DNA from: Styela clava | Taxonomy: Eukaryota | Direction: 5' to 3' | NCBI RefSeq assembly: GCF_964204865.1 | Contig: NC_135250.1 | Coordinates: 17,670,001 to 17,734,000, forward strand | DNA length: 64,000 bases | Shown here: positions 1-13,029 of the stretch, one piece after another | How positions within the stretch are numbered: the first letter of the stretch is position 1 | Layout: each line of letters starts with the position of its first letter | Position numbers and translations under genes: made by a program | Notes under the pieces: generated by a model | Databases searched by the model: none | Told to the model about the DNA's origin: nothing | What the model saw: only the letters and a program-made list of their open reading frames with translations

Positions 1-398
1 AAAGATGATTTGAATTTTTGCGATTTAGGTTTAAAATATCACCGTTTGCAAAATCCCAATGTCAGCCTTAAATCATATGAGTACAATGTGTTACAATAAA
101 GTAAAAGCATTACAATTCTAAACTGATGCGATAATCTGGCTCCACACAAACAAAATGTTTGGGAACTGCTGTACTCTACTCAGCTATAGTTTCCGATCGA
201 AAATTCCGAGGTAATATAGTTTACCGACATAATTCCGATGTTTCCGGCAAACAATCGGCGATTTCAACTTTATATTCCTCCCCGAGAATGCGCAATTGCC
301 TCTGTCGCCCGTGTTTTATCTCTTTTGGTCCCACTTTGAGAATTGCTGTACTTGAACTAGACAAAAGAAAAGAACAAATGTTGGGGCATTCACGAACG

Positions 399-1608
399 CA
401 CGAAAAAATTTGCAGGGTCAAATGCTGATATAGCTAGAGTTTTTGAATGCCATAAATAATTCGGATTGATGTTTTTGCTTATTATATTCAGGTGCTTATA
501 AAATGTGAGGAATTACGGTATTCACTTTAGCCGACGATCCATTATCGATATTTTCAATGGAATTCCTATTTATGTCATCGATATTTTTAATGGAAATTTA
601 TATTCATGAAAACTATAGTCATAATTTCGGCAGGCACAAGTGGGTCGGACGGTCGGCCGAAACACTCAGGGGGGCCGGATTCGACCCGCGGGCTATAATT
701 TGCCCAACTCTGGAATAGATCATGTAATTTCATTCCACTGGTTCCTGTTTGTATACAATGCTATGTTATCCGTCGCCAAGTGGCGTACTAGGGCCATAAT
801 ATTACTATGACCGTACATTTAATGCATGAAAATCATTTCTGGACCACGCTTGCCAGAGCATACCGGTAGTATGTGGATCGGATGCTTTGCAGACGTTGCG
901 TAATTGCAGACTGAGGTGTACTCCGTTTTTGCGTGACAATTTTGTTGTTTAGGATTTGGCCGCTCATTAGGTGAAAAAGGGAGGATTCATGACTTTTAAA
1001 TATTGAATTCATGTGCGTGAATAGGCACATAGTCTAGTTTAAATATTGGGTGATTTACAGTGCGGAGGATTGCAATCAGTTCAAACATCAATGAATATGC
1101 AGAAAGTTAATCCTCATCTGATTCCTATTAAGGGGTTATACTTTTTGTATTATGCAGGTAAGTTGGTTTAAGTTTTGTTGGTCATCTACTCATAATATCT
1201 CTGTGAACGAGGATTTGTAATGTACAATTTCTGAATGCATCTTATGGCAATGCAAACTTGTAAAAATTCATTTGCAAACAAAAAAAAAACTCTGGCAATG
1301 CTGGATTGAAGCGATCAGGGAAAAATGAAATAAGGCATTAGGTGATTTCACTTAGCCTAAAATTTGAGTGTGTGCACTTGTGCTGCTTTGTATAAATATT
1401 TTGCAGTGCCTTTGTACAGTTGTAGGAAATTAGAAAGGATAAAATGTATACCAAACTGATAAGTCATATATTTTGCAATTTCTTCTATCACAAGTACCAA
1501 TTGTTTTACAGGTTTATCCAGCTTCATTCCATACAAGTCAATATATCAGAAACAGCTTGGAATGTCATCTGGCCAAAATGGCTTTATACAAGCAACAATA
1601 CAACTCGT
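399..1608 (+). pseudogene. Truncated duplicate of the 5' part of the MFSD6-like gene (first coding exon 1091-1157 and start of exon 2 from 1512)
   Basis: Nearly identical to 2576-3753, with a few SNPs and one 32-nt indel. Identity stops after ...caactcgt, and the frame MNMQKVNPHL...GFIQATIQL then reaches TAA at about 1622. Confidence 0.88.
596..711 (+). mobile_element. hAT MITE 3' half (repeated at about 2773-2888), same family as 45241-45566
   Basis: atttatattcatgaaaactatag...cacaagtgg...ggccggattcgacccg...taatttgcccaactctg aligns by eye with 45457-45566. Confidence 0.65.
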
Positions 1609-1733
1609 GATATGTGTAAAATAATTGTGATTCATCGGCCATCCGTTCGGTTTTTAACTTTCTGGAAATATGTGCGGCCCGCTAAGACACCCCTAGTTTT
1701 GGCCCGCGGGCGACAAAAGGTTGCCGACCCCTG
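1609..1733 (+). mobile_element. 3' end of a hAT (Buster/Charlie-type) element
   Basis: Subterminal gcggccc/ggcccgcggg motifs and terminus ...ggttgccgacccctg (reverse complement CAGGGGTCGGCAA). Confidence 0.7.
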
Positions 1734-2190
1734 CTTTGAACCTAAGGGAAGTCTCATAATTCTGTATCTTTGAGAAGGTGTGCTGAATGTTGCGCGAAAA
1801 GATGATTCTTCACGCAAGTGAATCTGGTGGTAACCATGTTTAGCATCTACCTTCGTGAAATATCTAGCATCATTTAGACTGAAATCCGTTTAACATCTAC
1901 GGAGAAGACCCGGCCAATGTCTGGGCAAGTTTCTTCATCCAACAGTGGTGGTAAATAGATAGTTGAATTTAACTTGTATTATGGACAGGGGCGCAGCCAT
2001 GCAGGCTTTTTTAACGGGGGGAGGGGGTTAGCAATGGGGGGTACGGTAAAATTAAAACAGTGCGTCAAAAGTGCAATTCACGACGCCGTACATTTATGAA
2101 TGTACATATATCGCCGGATGAGAACAGAACAGGCCTAAGTAACAATTTTGAGTTTTGAGAAAAACGCAAAAAAATAATTTGAATTTCTAA

Positions 2191-2489
2191 GTATTCACAA
2201 TTAGTAAAGACCTGAGTTCTGGTTATTTTAATGTGGTTGAGAATATCTTCGGAATCAATATATTTTGGAAATTCCTTTCTGATTTTTTTATCCCGCATTT
2301 AAAAATGAAACGATAGAAATAATGAAAATGAATTTTGGATTAAAAGTACAAAAAAACAATTTTGAATTTTGATATTTTTTAATTTCTAGATATCACACTT
2401 AGTAAAGACCTGAGCTTTGGTTATTTTCATGTGGTTGAGAATATATTCGTAATCAATATATTTTGACACTTGTTTTCTGTTTTTTTTTT
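2191..2489. repeat. Direct repeat of about 100 bp, copies about 200 bp apart
   Basis: ttagtaaagacctgag...gtggttgagaatat...aatcaatatatttt occurs at about 2200 and about 2400. Confidence 0.75.
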
Positions 2490-3267
2490 CACATTATGAC
2501 GTTATTTGATAAATTCAAAGGTTGTATGGTGGCAAGAGAGTGAGAGAGACAATTTCGTCAGGTCAGGTCATCAATCACGAAAAAATTTGCAGGGTCAAAT
2601 GCTGATATAGCTAGAGTTTTTGAATGCCATAAATAATTCGGATTGATGTTTTTGCATATTATATTCAGGTGCTTATAAAATGTGAGGAATTACGGTATTC
2701 ACTTTAGCCGACGATCCATTATCGATATTTTCAATGGAATTCCTATTTATGTCATCGATATTTTCAATGGAAATTTATATTCATGAAAACTATAGTCATA
2801 ATTTCGGCAGGCACAAGTGGGTCGGACGGTCGGCCGAAACACTCAGGGGGGCCGGATTCGACCCGCGGGCTATAATTTGCCCAACTCTGGAATAGATCAT
2901 GTAATTTCATTCCACTGGTTCCTGTTTGTATACAATGCTATGTTATCCGTCGCCAAGTGGCGTACTAGGGCCATAATATTACTATGACCGTACATTTAAT
3001 GCGTGAAAATCATTTCTGGACCACGCTTGCCAGAGCATACCGGTAGTATGTGGATCGGATGCTTTGCAGACGTTGCGTAATTGCAGACTGAGGTGTACTC
3101 CGTTTTTGCGTGACAATTTTGTTGTTTAGGATTTGGCCGCTCATTAGGTGAAAAAGGGAGGATTCATGACTTTTAAATATTGAATTCATGTGCGTGAATA
3201 GGCACATAGTCTAGTTTAAATATTGGGTGATTTACAGTGCCGAGGATTGCAATCAGTTCAAACATCA

Positions 3268-6200
3268 ATGAATATGCAGAAAGTTAATCCTCATCTGATT
3301 CCTATTAAGGGGTTATACTTTTTGTATTATGCAGGTAAGTTGGTTTAAGTTTTGTTGGTCATCTACTCATAATATCTCTGTGAACGAGGATTTGTAATGT
3401 ACAATTTCTGAATGCATCTTATGGCAATGCAATCTTGTAAAAATTCATTTGCAAACAATAAAAAAAACTCTGGCAATGCTGGATTGAAGCGATCAGGGAA
3501 AAATGAAATTTGAGTGTGTGCACTTGTGCTGCTTTGTATAAATATTTTGCAGTGCCTTTGTACAGTTGTAGGAAATTAGAAAGGATAAAATGTATACCAA
3601 ACTGATAAGTCATATATTTTGCAATTTCTTCTATCACAAGTACCAATTGTTTTACAGGTTTATCCAGCTTCATTCCATACAAGTCAATATATCAGAAACA
3701 GCTTGGAATGTCATCTGGCCAAAATGGCTTTATACAAGCAACAATGCAACTCGTTTCTTTGTTTTCTCCCCCAATCGCTGGTTTTATTACAGACAAAACA
3801 AAGGCATATAAAGTGATGATGACTGTCTGCATGTTTTTCTCAATCGCCTTCACCATTCCATTTTATTTCGTGCCACCAATAGAGCGTGAGGTATTATCAA
3901 CAAAGATCCTGTGCTGTGAAGAAGAAGTTAATAGTCTTCTCCACTGTTTGCCAATTGACAATGCATCCAATGTTGAAAGTTGCTTAAATGATGTAAATGC
4001 ACCATTTGATGTTAACTTTACACATCAGCCAGATTGTCTTAGTCCAAATGTCACTTTAAACTGCAAATATAGTGATTCTACCGATGTATATGGATCAACA
4101 TTTGCAATATTAATTGCGTTAACAATGCTAATGTCTTTCTTCTTAGCACCAGTTACACCACTAGTTGATTCTTCTGCAATGGACACTCTTGGTATCGAAA
4201 ATGTAAAATATTTTGGAATTCAACGACTTTGGGGTGCTGTTGGGTTTGGCATTGTTGGACTAGCCGTCAGTTATTTCACAGATGTTATAAGCCCTGTGGA
4301 AGTTTATGGACTCGAAGCGAAGAACTATATTCTTGCTGTTGTAAGTGCAGGATTATTCTGGGGGGCAACCATTGTTCTTATCATTACATCTATCAAAATC
4401 ACTGCCCCAAAAGCAAAAGCTGTTCTTCGTGGTGTTGGGAAACTCCTTATTAAACCACAAGTCCTGGCTTTTATATTCGTTGTTCTTGTGAGTGGTTTCT
4501 GCACCGGCGTCCAGTATTCATACCTATTTTGGTACATGACAGAGCTCAATGGATTCAAACAATATATTCTTGGTCTCTCTCTAATTGTAACTTGTGCTTC
4601 AGAGATTCCAATGTTTTGGTTTTCTGGATGGATATGTCAGAAGTTTGGATATGTATCTGTTCTAGCACTTGGCCTCATTGCTGCTAGTGTAAGTATACAT
4701 TTCCCTTCAAAAAAAAATTTTGTGTTTATGCTAAAGCATGCTTTCATACAGAAATTATTGTTTTGTTTGTAACATAGCTATTGGATATTAAAATTTGAAT
4801 TCGATCATATAGGAATTCTAAATCTTTTAAAATGGTAAACTTCAGAAAATCTTCGGCAAGACAGAGATCAGGCGTTAGACATTATTAAGACATGATCCTT
4901 ACTCTTTTTCTTTTATGCAATTTCTTTTCCAGATTCGGTTTTTCACTTACACATTCATTACTGATGCATGGCAAGTTTTGTTAGTGGAAGGTCTTCATGG
5001 CATCTCATTTGCTTTACCAAATGCTGCAATATGTTCATATGCTGCTGTCATAGCTCCAAAAGATGCAACTGCAACTCTCATTTCTATAAGCCAAACTGCT
5101 TATTGGGGCTTGGGTATGTTACAGATACAAACTTATTTTATCCCTCCTTTCACCATTTGTCACGACAATTCTGAATGTTTTTAAAGGATAAAAATCAGTT
5201 ACCGTATTTTCCCGAAATTACGCCTATATCGCGAACAGGCCGACTCCCTAAAAACGGCCTTAAAACGGCGATTTTTTAAAAAATCGCACATAAGCCGGTC
5301 CTACGAATCGTTACACGCCGGACGCCTCAAGAAAAACATAAAAGGGGACAAAATTACTGTAACGCAAACATTTCTCACGTTTATCGTTTCTGCATGTTAG
5401 CGAAGGCCGTAGGTGGATTATTACCCGTAACTCTTACTTGTTACTTTATGTTAATAAAGTCTATATTGCTTTTCAATGCGTCGGGAGTTTTCCTGAATCA
5501 GCATAAAACAATTTCCTTTGAGAGCCACAACGGCGATTAATTTCGTTCCTTGTCCGTTCCAAGGAAAGAAATAACGCTGTATTAACACATTCTTATAAAT
5601 CGCTACGAATCTTAACACCCCAGACGCCTTAAGAAAGGCGCAGAAAGAAAACAAAATTGCTGTAACACAAATATTTCTCACGTTTATCATTTCTGTTTGT
5701 TAGCGACGACCGTAGATTCTTACTCGTAACTCTTACTTGTAAATTCATATTAATAAAGTCTATATTGCTTTTCATACGTCGTGATTTGTATTAATGGAAG
5801 AGATTGTTGTCGGGAGTTTAAGAGAGTCCCTGAGTCAGCATAAAACAATTTCCTTTGATCGTCCACAACGCGGTTAACTTCGATAAGAGTCCTTATCACC
5901 GCCACTTAACAGATAACATATCATAAAGGTGATTAAAAGTCGCGCGTCGTTAATTGCCACTGTTGCTGTTATGTAAAAGAAACACAAGCGAAAACAAACC
6001 AATCACAGACTGTACAAGCGTCACGTGTTGAACAACCAATCACAGACTGTACAAGCCATCAGCTGTATGATATGACAATCCACCTTCACAAGCTGTTGTG
6101 TGTGTGTGTGTGCACGCTTTTTATCGTGAGAACTTGGTATGGTTTGAAGCTTTTGGAATTAACGGCAAGTTAGCATAATATCATCTCGTTGCATGATCAA

Positions 6201-7039
6201 TTCTGATGCGCGAATGAGCCAATTTTTTTGTGCAATCTGAGTTGTGCGCGAATAAGACGGTCCCTTAGTTTGGCACCTTTTTTTTTTGAGTTTTAAACTC
6301 GGCCTATTCGCGATCATATACGGTAAATACCATTGTATTGTATCTTAATAAATCCATTCCCTGTTACTTATAAGTTCACAACACTGCCAATGCGTAACAT
6401 CGATATTGTTCCTAAAACAATTGTTTAGAACCGACACAGTTTCAAGGAATTGCTTCTATAAATGATTTGTTTGATTAATTTGGATTAGCATTTTTCCAAT
6501 AGTCAAATGATCAATATGATGACAGGTATACTTTTCAATGCTTTACTTTCCTCATTTCGTTTTATCTAGGCAACATGCTTGGAGCACTACTTGGTGGAAT
6601 ATTGTATGAAGCTTTTGGTGGGGTCAAGATGTTTCGCATAGTTGGCGCAATTAGTGTAATCACTGCAGTTCTTTATGAAATTATATTTGGACATTTGAAC
6701 CTGATATCGTACTGTTACTGCTGTAAAGACGAATCAAAGAAAGAAATAGAAGCTGAAAAACGTGGGTGTCATTTATTGTCATCACTGCAAATTATTTTGT
6801 CGACCTGAATTATTTGAAGTCCCATGGTACTGGTATTCACAGTACAGACCTCTTAAAGTCTTATTCATCAGTGTTTGCTTACTACATTTCAGTTAGTTAT
6901 TTTTTAACTTATTATTGGGTAAATGCAGACTGCACATACTCACATGCAAATACTAATTTCAGGTGATTCTAAAACGAAAATAGTCAAGACACCAGAGGAA
7001 GAACAACCACTGCATGAACAAGAGAATGGAGTTGTGTAG
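3268..7039 (+). CDS. MFSD6: Major facilitator superfamily transporter, MFSD6-like (MFS_1_like). Exons 3268-3334, 3658-4688, 4933-5113, 6570-6761, 6963-7039
   Basis: GT-AG introns with consistent phase. Motifs LIPIKGLYFLYYAG, PPIAGFITDK, YFGIQRLWGAVGFG, SEIPMFWFSGW, VEGLHGISF and GALLGG; many hydrophobic helices; stop TAG at 7037-7039. Confidence 0.88.
5202..6323. mobile_element. Non-autonomous Tc1/mariner-superfamily (Tc2/pogo-like) element in MFSD6 intron 3
   Basis: TA|CCGTAT...ATACGG|TA ends; subterminal cgcgaa(c/t)aggccg motifs; internal direct repeat (about 5320-5530 vs 5620-5870); (GT)n near 6100. Confidence 0.7.
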
Positions 7040-10000
7040 AGGAACTTAACAAATCTCTCATTTAATTCCCTCTGTCAACATCGCATTGTTGTTATTCTAC
7101 TATAGCTCTGTTTCACAACACAACAAGAAGTACACTACAATGCATTTTATCTGGGTTGGTATCAATAAATGATAACATGGGCATGAGGAAAATGCTTATT
7201 CAAATAGTCTGCTACATCGAAATTCAGTTTATTGAAAATAGACATGTATAGAATTGAGATTCATTGTAACTTGCCTATTTTTACCAATTTGATAATGAAT
7301 ATTTGAGTCTTATCACTCATTTAAAAAATACATTGAAATTTATATAGCTTATAAAAACTGTAGTATATACTGAACATCATTTATTTTTTTGGGTAAATTG
7401 GTAAACAGCTTTTCACTTCAACCTATTCTTATTTAGGTAGTTAGCGAAGGTGCGGGGCACTGTTGTGCATTGGTATCTATATCAGCTGGTAAAATGGAGA
7501 TTTCAAATTGAAGTTATATAATATTCCTGCCCCTTTCTAAAATTATATGACCCTCCAAAAAACGGTACATTTTATTTTCATACTGTAGGTAAATACTAAG
7601 TTTGAAGCTAAGTTTTGAAAATTATGTCAGTATTGCACTTTCTTTTATATTCTATTATAATAACACTGTATATTGCTAAATATTATCTAGATCAAATTAT
7701 CTTGCCTCTGGCTTCTATTCGGTGGATAGTAGTTCATAGTAGTTCAAAAAGTCTGTTTATAGGTATTTCATGCAATGATTATGTGGGAAGCCAAAACTTA
7801 TCACTTTAACTTGTTATATAATAAAAATCTGATTATGGTGCATATTTATAAACAGCACATAAAATTAGGCTCAGTCAATGATGATTGTGCCATCATTTTT
7901 TTAGTGAGCCTTATATATGTAACTGATACATGGTTGTATAACTTTGCAATTCTTTGTGATAAATTCATGGCAAAACGGGCATTCTGATATAATTAAATAA
8001 GGAAGCAATAATTGCGACAGATGGAAATCAAAATTTTCATTGGATGTTTGTATTGTTAAATTTGATTTTGATGAAAGGACTGGACTATTTCCAATTCATA
8101 CATTTCCTCATAATTTGTACCTCTCTATGTATTTGAGTATAACACTTGATCAAAAAAAAATGAAATTTTCATAAGACGATTGAATTGCTTAAATATCAAG
8201 AAGTTACCATTGTTTTGACCTGATTAATCGAATACTGATTATGATCTATGTCTGGAACTGCATGTTTAATTTTGTCTTTTGGATCTTTCATTGTTTTGCA
8301 CATTCTATATTTATCAGTGATAATAATTATTGCAATGTGTTGCTATAATTTTTATATGCAGTTCAACATTCACATATAATATTTGTAAAATACTAGCTAC
8401 TAATTTACCTATATTAATAATTTTAATGCAAAATTTCTATACTCGTTAGAAGACTAAATGCATTGATACAGTTGTACATATGCAAACATTTGTGCCAAGT
8501 CAATATTTACTAGTTGTAATAATGACCAAGTTAAATATTATTGCCAAGTTAATTTGTAATATAATGCTGATGTCTGTTAAGTTAACATCCAACATTTTCA
8601 ATGTGGTTTTAAAATGATTTAACCTGACCGATAAAGCCGGAAAAAGTATCTTTATAGTTTTTATTACATAGGGATATATGATCAATCTTTTCAATTTTAT
8701 GTATTTCCTTTACCAATTGGTTTCATGTTTCAGAATTATCTTCCCGTCTGCTGCTTTAAGTGATATCAGTCTTTAGATAGACATTGCAATATGTTAATAT
8801 AGGTTAACTGCTATGCTGACTTGAATATATAAAAAAATGCCTGTGGAATATTTTGAATCAAATTGGAAGGCAATTTATAGTGTTATTTTTTAATATGGTA
8901 TCGTGTATTACTATTCAATCATCTCAGCATATTAGTGTTGGTGGGGTTTATGACAAACAAATCTGATGCTTGCTTCATATTGTATTTCATCAAATCTTCA
9001 TGCCACCTCAGATTGCCTGTAAACAATTGTTTTATGTTAAGGTTTTTTGCAATAAGACTTGCTTCTGGTATTAAAGTGGCTGCTTGTTATTATGAAAATT
9101 AGGTAATCTCTCATTTAGATATATAGTAATATCTCTATATTTTAGACACTAGTACCATATATGCAGTGATATTAGGCTTTTAGGTACTTTTTTTACATGC
9201 AGTATTTTGAATCATAATATATATGGTACGTTTTATCATGAATGTCTAGTATAAATTGCTTCAAAACAAAATATGCTCTTTCACGACCAAATATAGTATT
9301 TGATTAGGAATTTATTGATTACATTTCGTTGTTAATTTGCCATAAATCTCATACTAACCATAAATAACTTTAATCTTTTTGATTACTTGGACATCTCACC
9401 TCATTGTGAATATGCATTTAATCGATAGCAACCAATTCAGCTTTCATTACTCTCAAGTGGAAATAGTCAAGTAAAATTGTATGGGCCAAACTTACTAATT
9501 TTTGGATATTTTCAAATGTGTGCCTTGTTTGTATTTTCTGTGTCAATAAATGTGCCTTCAATTAAATAGCCTATGTGATTTCATGAACAGTTGGGACTTG
9601 CATAGCAAACACTATAAGTCGGGGAATACTTATCAATTCTAATTTGTGGGAATAATGCCTACTTTTAAATAAATATACTTGGCGAGAGAGGTTGCAAAAT
9701 CTTGGGCCCTTCACAGTATATAAGATAGATGTGGAGGTTTCTTTATGTTTTTGTTTGTATCGATTTTTAGTCTGATTTAAATTGATTTGTATGACACAGA
9801 CATGTGATGTAATTCACAGCATCTAAGATGTATCTCTCATCCCAAAACATATTATCTGGTTTAATAACCTCCTTTTTTATTTAAAAAAAATATATATTTT
9901 ATCAATATGGTGCTCTCTGCACATATCACCAAAAATAAGTTAAATACAAAAATTAAAATAACGTGCAATCTTAAATAAAGACCATTCAGATTTATAAGCT

Positions 10001-11727
10001 TTCCGCTAGAATCGACTATGCAAAAACTTGAAAAATGCTTCCCTGCCTGTGGGATGCCACAATAGTCCTATGTTAACAATAATAATCCATTGTCATCACA
10101 CACAACTTCATTTTTATGCGTTTCGAAATTTTTAGGATAAAATGTGAGTTAACAGACAAAAAGTGACTTGAACAATTTGGTTGGAGCGTGACGATTTACG
10201 GTGCTCTGACAATAAATGAGCTTCGGTATCGCCCACCTTATCGCACGAAAATTTGCATAATTTCTAGAAAAAGCTGCTTGCAATTTATTCAGTCCGTTAT
10301 TTGCGTAAATATACTTGAGTGATTAGTTAGGGTTAGCGAAATACGCATAACAAGAATGTCAGCGAATGTACATTAAACTGTATTTCATCAGCGGCACGCG
10401 AGGACGTTAGGGTCTGTTTCGCACAAATTAAATCGCTGATCAAACGTTCCCCGCGGCGTGCTATATCCCTTCGCACGACACAAAATTTGACATTCTCACC
10501 AAGAATTATGTGCAATCGTGCGACGTTTTCCCTTGCGTGCGAGAGATATTAGAGGGTGATTTTTTCGTCGAATCGACGACCTCTGTGCGGTCAAAATAAT
10601 TTGAGCAAAAGATAATCAAAGTACGTATATACTATCTTGTGTGGTCCACGGTATAACGGTTCCCGCCATATGATCCAGTTAAGCACGACGTCAGTCGACG
10701 GGTTGGATAAGCGTTTCTCTTCTGAACAATTACAGACAAATTTTGGGTCGAAACAAGAAAAACAGGCTTTAATACTTTTTGTGTTTGAGTAAAATTAGGC
10801 ATCTCACCCTCGCGTGCAAGCCAAACCGGATATCGTCACGCAAACAGCTAATCATTTTATCTTATTGTCAGATAGATCGCACGACTGGAAATAGAAAAAC
10901 TGTAGGATTATTCACAATCATCTGTCGTGCTCGGATATCAGGTTCCTTCTTTGTAAGTTGAAAAATATTTTGTAAAATAATATTTTCTTGTTCCAATTCA
11001 CTCTGATATCAATTCTTGATTAATGGCTGAGATAGATTCTTATTCCGAGAAAAGTAAAAAAAATTCTTAGATAGACAACATTTGTATTGTTATGAAACTG
11101 CTTCCGCCTATTCCACTTAAAGATTGATATATAATACTCATCAAATACTACATTTTCAAATGCCATTCTAAATACCCGGCAGTCGACCCTTTGCTTTTTT
11201 TGGTCGTTGTGGATAATTTTCATGATTTATAGATTCTAAAAAAAAGAGGAAATTTATGGACAACGGCCCCAAAAAGCACAGGACAGCCAAACTTTATGAA
11301 GTTATATATAATGCATTTTATCAATATGTTGATGCACATTATGACATAATATTAGATTATTATGCCACAATACATTATTATGACATCGTTCTTGAAGAGA
11401 GACTTAACGTAGGGGTCTCTTGCCGCCTAAATCCGTCTCTGGTTATACTATATTTAGGAAAACTCTGTTTCGGCGTGTATTTCGAATATATCACAATCTT
11501 GGCGGGATTGCGAGAAAGATGCGCGATGCCATCGCAAATGAAAAATGTTAATAGTAGTGATCGACGCTGTGGAGCAGCTCGTCTGGTCAAAATCATATTT
11601 AGATTATGTTGTCGAATATATTCACTTAATGATGTAACTTCATCTATCAATTAAAAATGAAGGCGCAGTTGCGCACTGTGTGAAAGTTTATCGACATATG
11701 AGGCTTAATTACAGTTGAAAATAACTA

Positions 11728-12052
11728 CCGTGTTTCCCCGAAAATAAGACCTAGCCTGAATAGTAAAAATGAATTTATAAGCCCACCCCCTAAAATAAGT
11801 CCTAGTCAATAAAGCGAGATTTTTTTGACCTAGTTCATAGCAAGAAATCTCTCCTACACGTTTTAAATAATGTTTTGCAGTTGCTTGGAATAAAAACGTG
11901 TTATTTATAAGTAAATGGATAGGCCTATCGGTTTTCATATTTTGTATATTTAAAAATCTCGTTATTCTCTACTTTTTAATTCTGTTTTTGATAAATAAAA
12001 ACATAAGACATTTCCCGAAAAAAAGGCCTAGTGTTAATTTTCGGAAGAAAAT
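11728..12052 (+). mobile_element. Tc2/pogo-like MITE, 3'-truncated copy of the family at 39715-40072
   Basis: TA|CCGTGTTTCCCCGAAAATAAGACCTAG start; colinear with 39715-40035. Confidence 0.75.
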
Positions 12053-13029
12053 GTGTTCGGAAGAACTGTGTGTTTTGACCGCTTTTATAGACGGAGAATA
12101 AAATGACCCCCACTAGTGTACTGAAACGTAAGACTATAGAACAATACAGTGTAACATTACTAGTGTCGAAGTCCCTGACCTCGATATGCGGGTCAATTCG
12201 AGTGTAAATAAAATTATTCGACTCGAAGAACTTTTCAAACGAAAAACGACTTTAAACGAAGATATTTGTACTTTTATTCTGAATTCAGTCACGGTTTGAT
12301 TTACATTTCCAATCGTTGAATTTGAAAACCAAACTAGTATTTCATAAAAATTTGGGCAATTTCTACAAGCTATAGTAAACTTTCAATAGTACGTTGAGCC
12401 ACAATGACATACCGTAGCGAATCTCGAAAATTTGTTGCCATTTCCAGGAATCTCCCAAGATCATTTGATAGTGTTAAATAATGTCTCTCTGGTGATTTGT
12501 CGAGTCGAGTCATTTGTCTAGACCAGCGTTTCCCAAACCGTGTTCCCCGCAAGCGTCTTCCGAGTGTTCCACGGAAAATGAATCAAAAATACTTCTAAAT
12601 TGGTCGCCATGGCGATCTAGGGATCGTGAAGTTGTCGCCCAACTGACCGTTCAATTTCGCGTCACCGTCGGCCTAAAGCGGATTAACTTGACTTGACTAA
12701 AAGAATGCAGATTACAAAACAAATAGAAGAACAATCAATTGAGTGGGAAAGCCCTAGGACCGGTCCAGCACTCTAAAGCACATTGACAGTAAGATATTAA
12801 ATTCACTCTAAAGCTCCCATGAGTAGATGTAGTAGAGAGCCGCTATGTGCTACGATTGTTCAGCATAAAAAAGAGTAAGTTGTAAATGTTCTTATAGGTA
12901 CCCAATACAGTAATGATTTGTCAAGGAATGTAAATTTTGATAAGAGATATGTATATTTTCGGATCATAAAAAAGTTGCAGTGTGAGGATTTACGGTATGC
13001 TGTGTGATCAAAGCAGTAAGCAAAAATAT

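Noticed and set aside
833-1030. Identical 65-aa minus-strand ORF at 833-1030 and 3010-3207
   Set aside because: Identity comes from the recent duplication; it is antisense in an intron with no protein motif.
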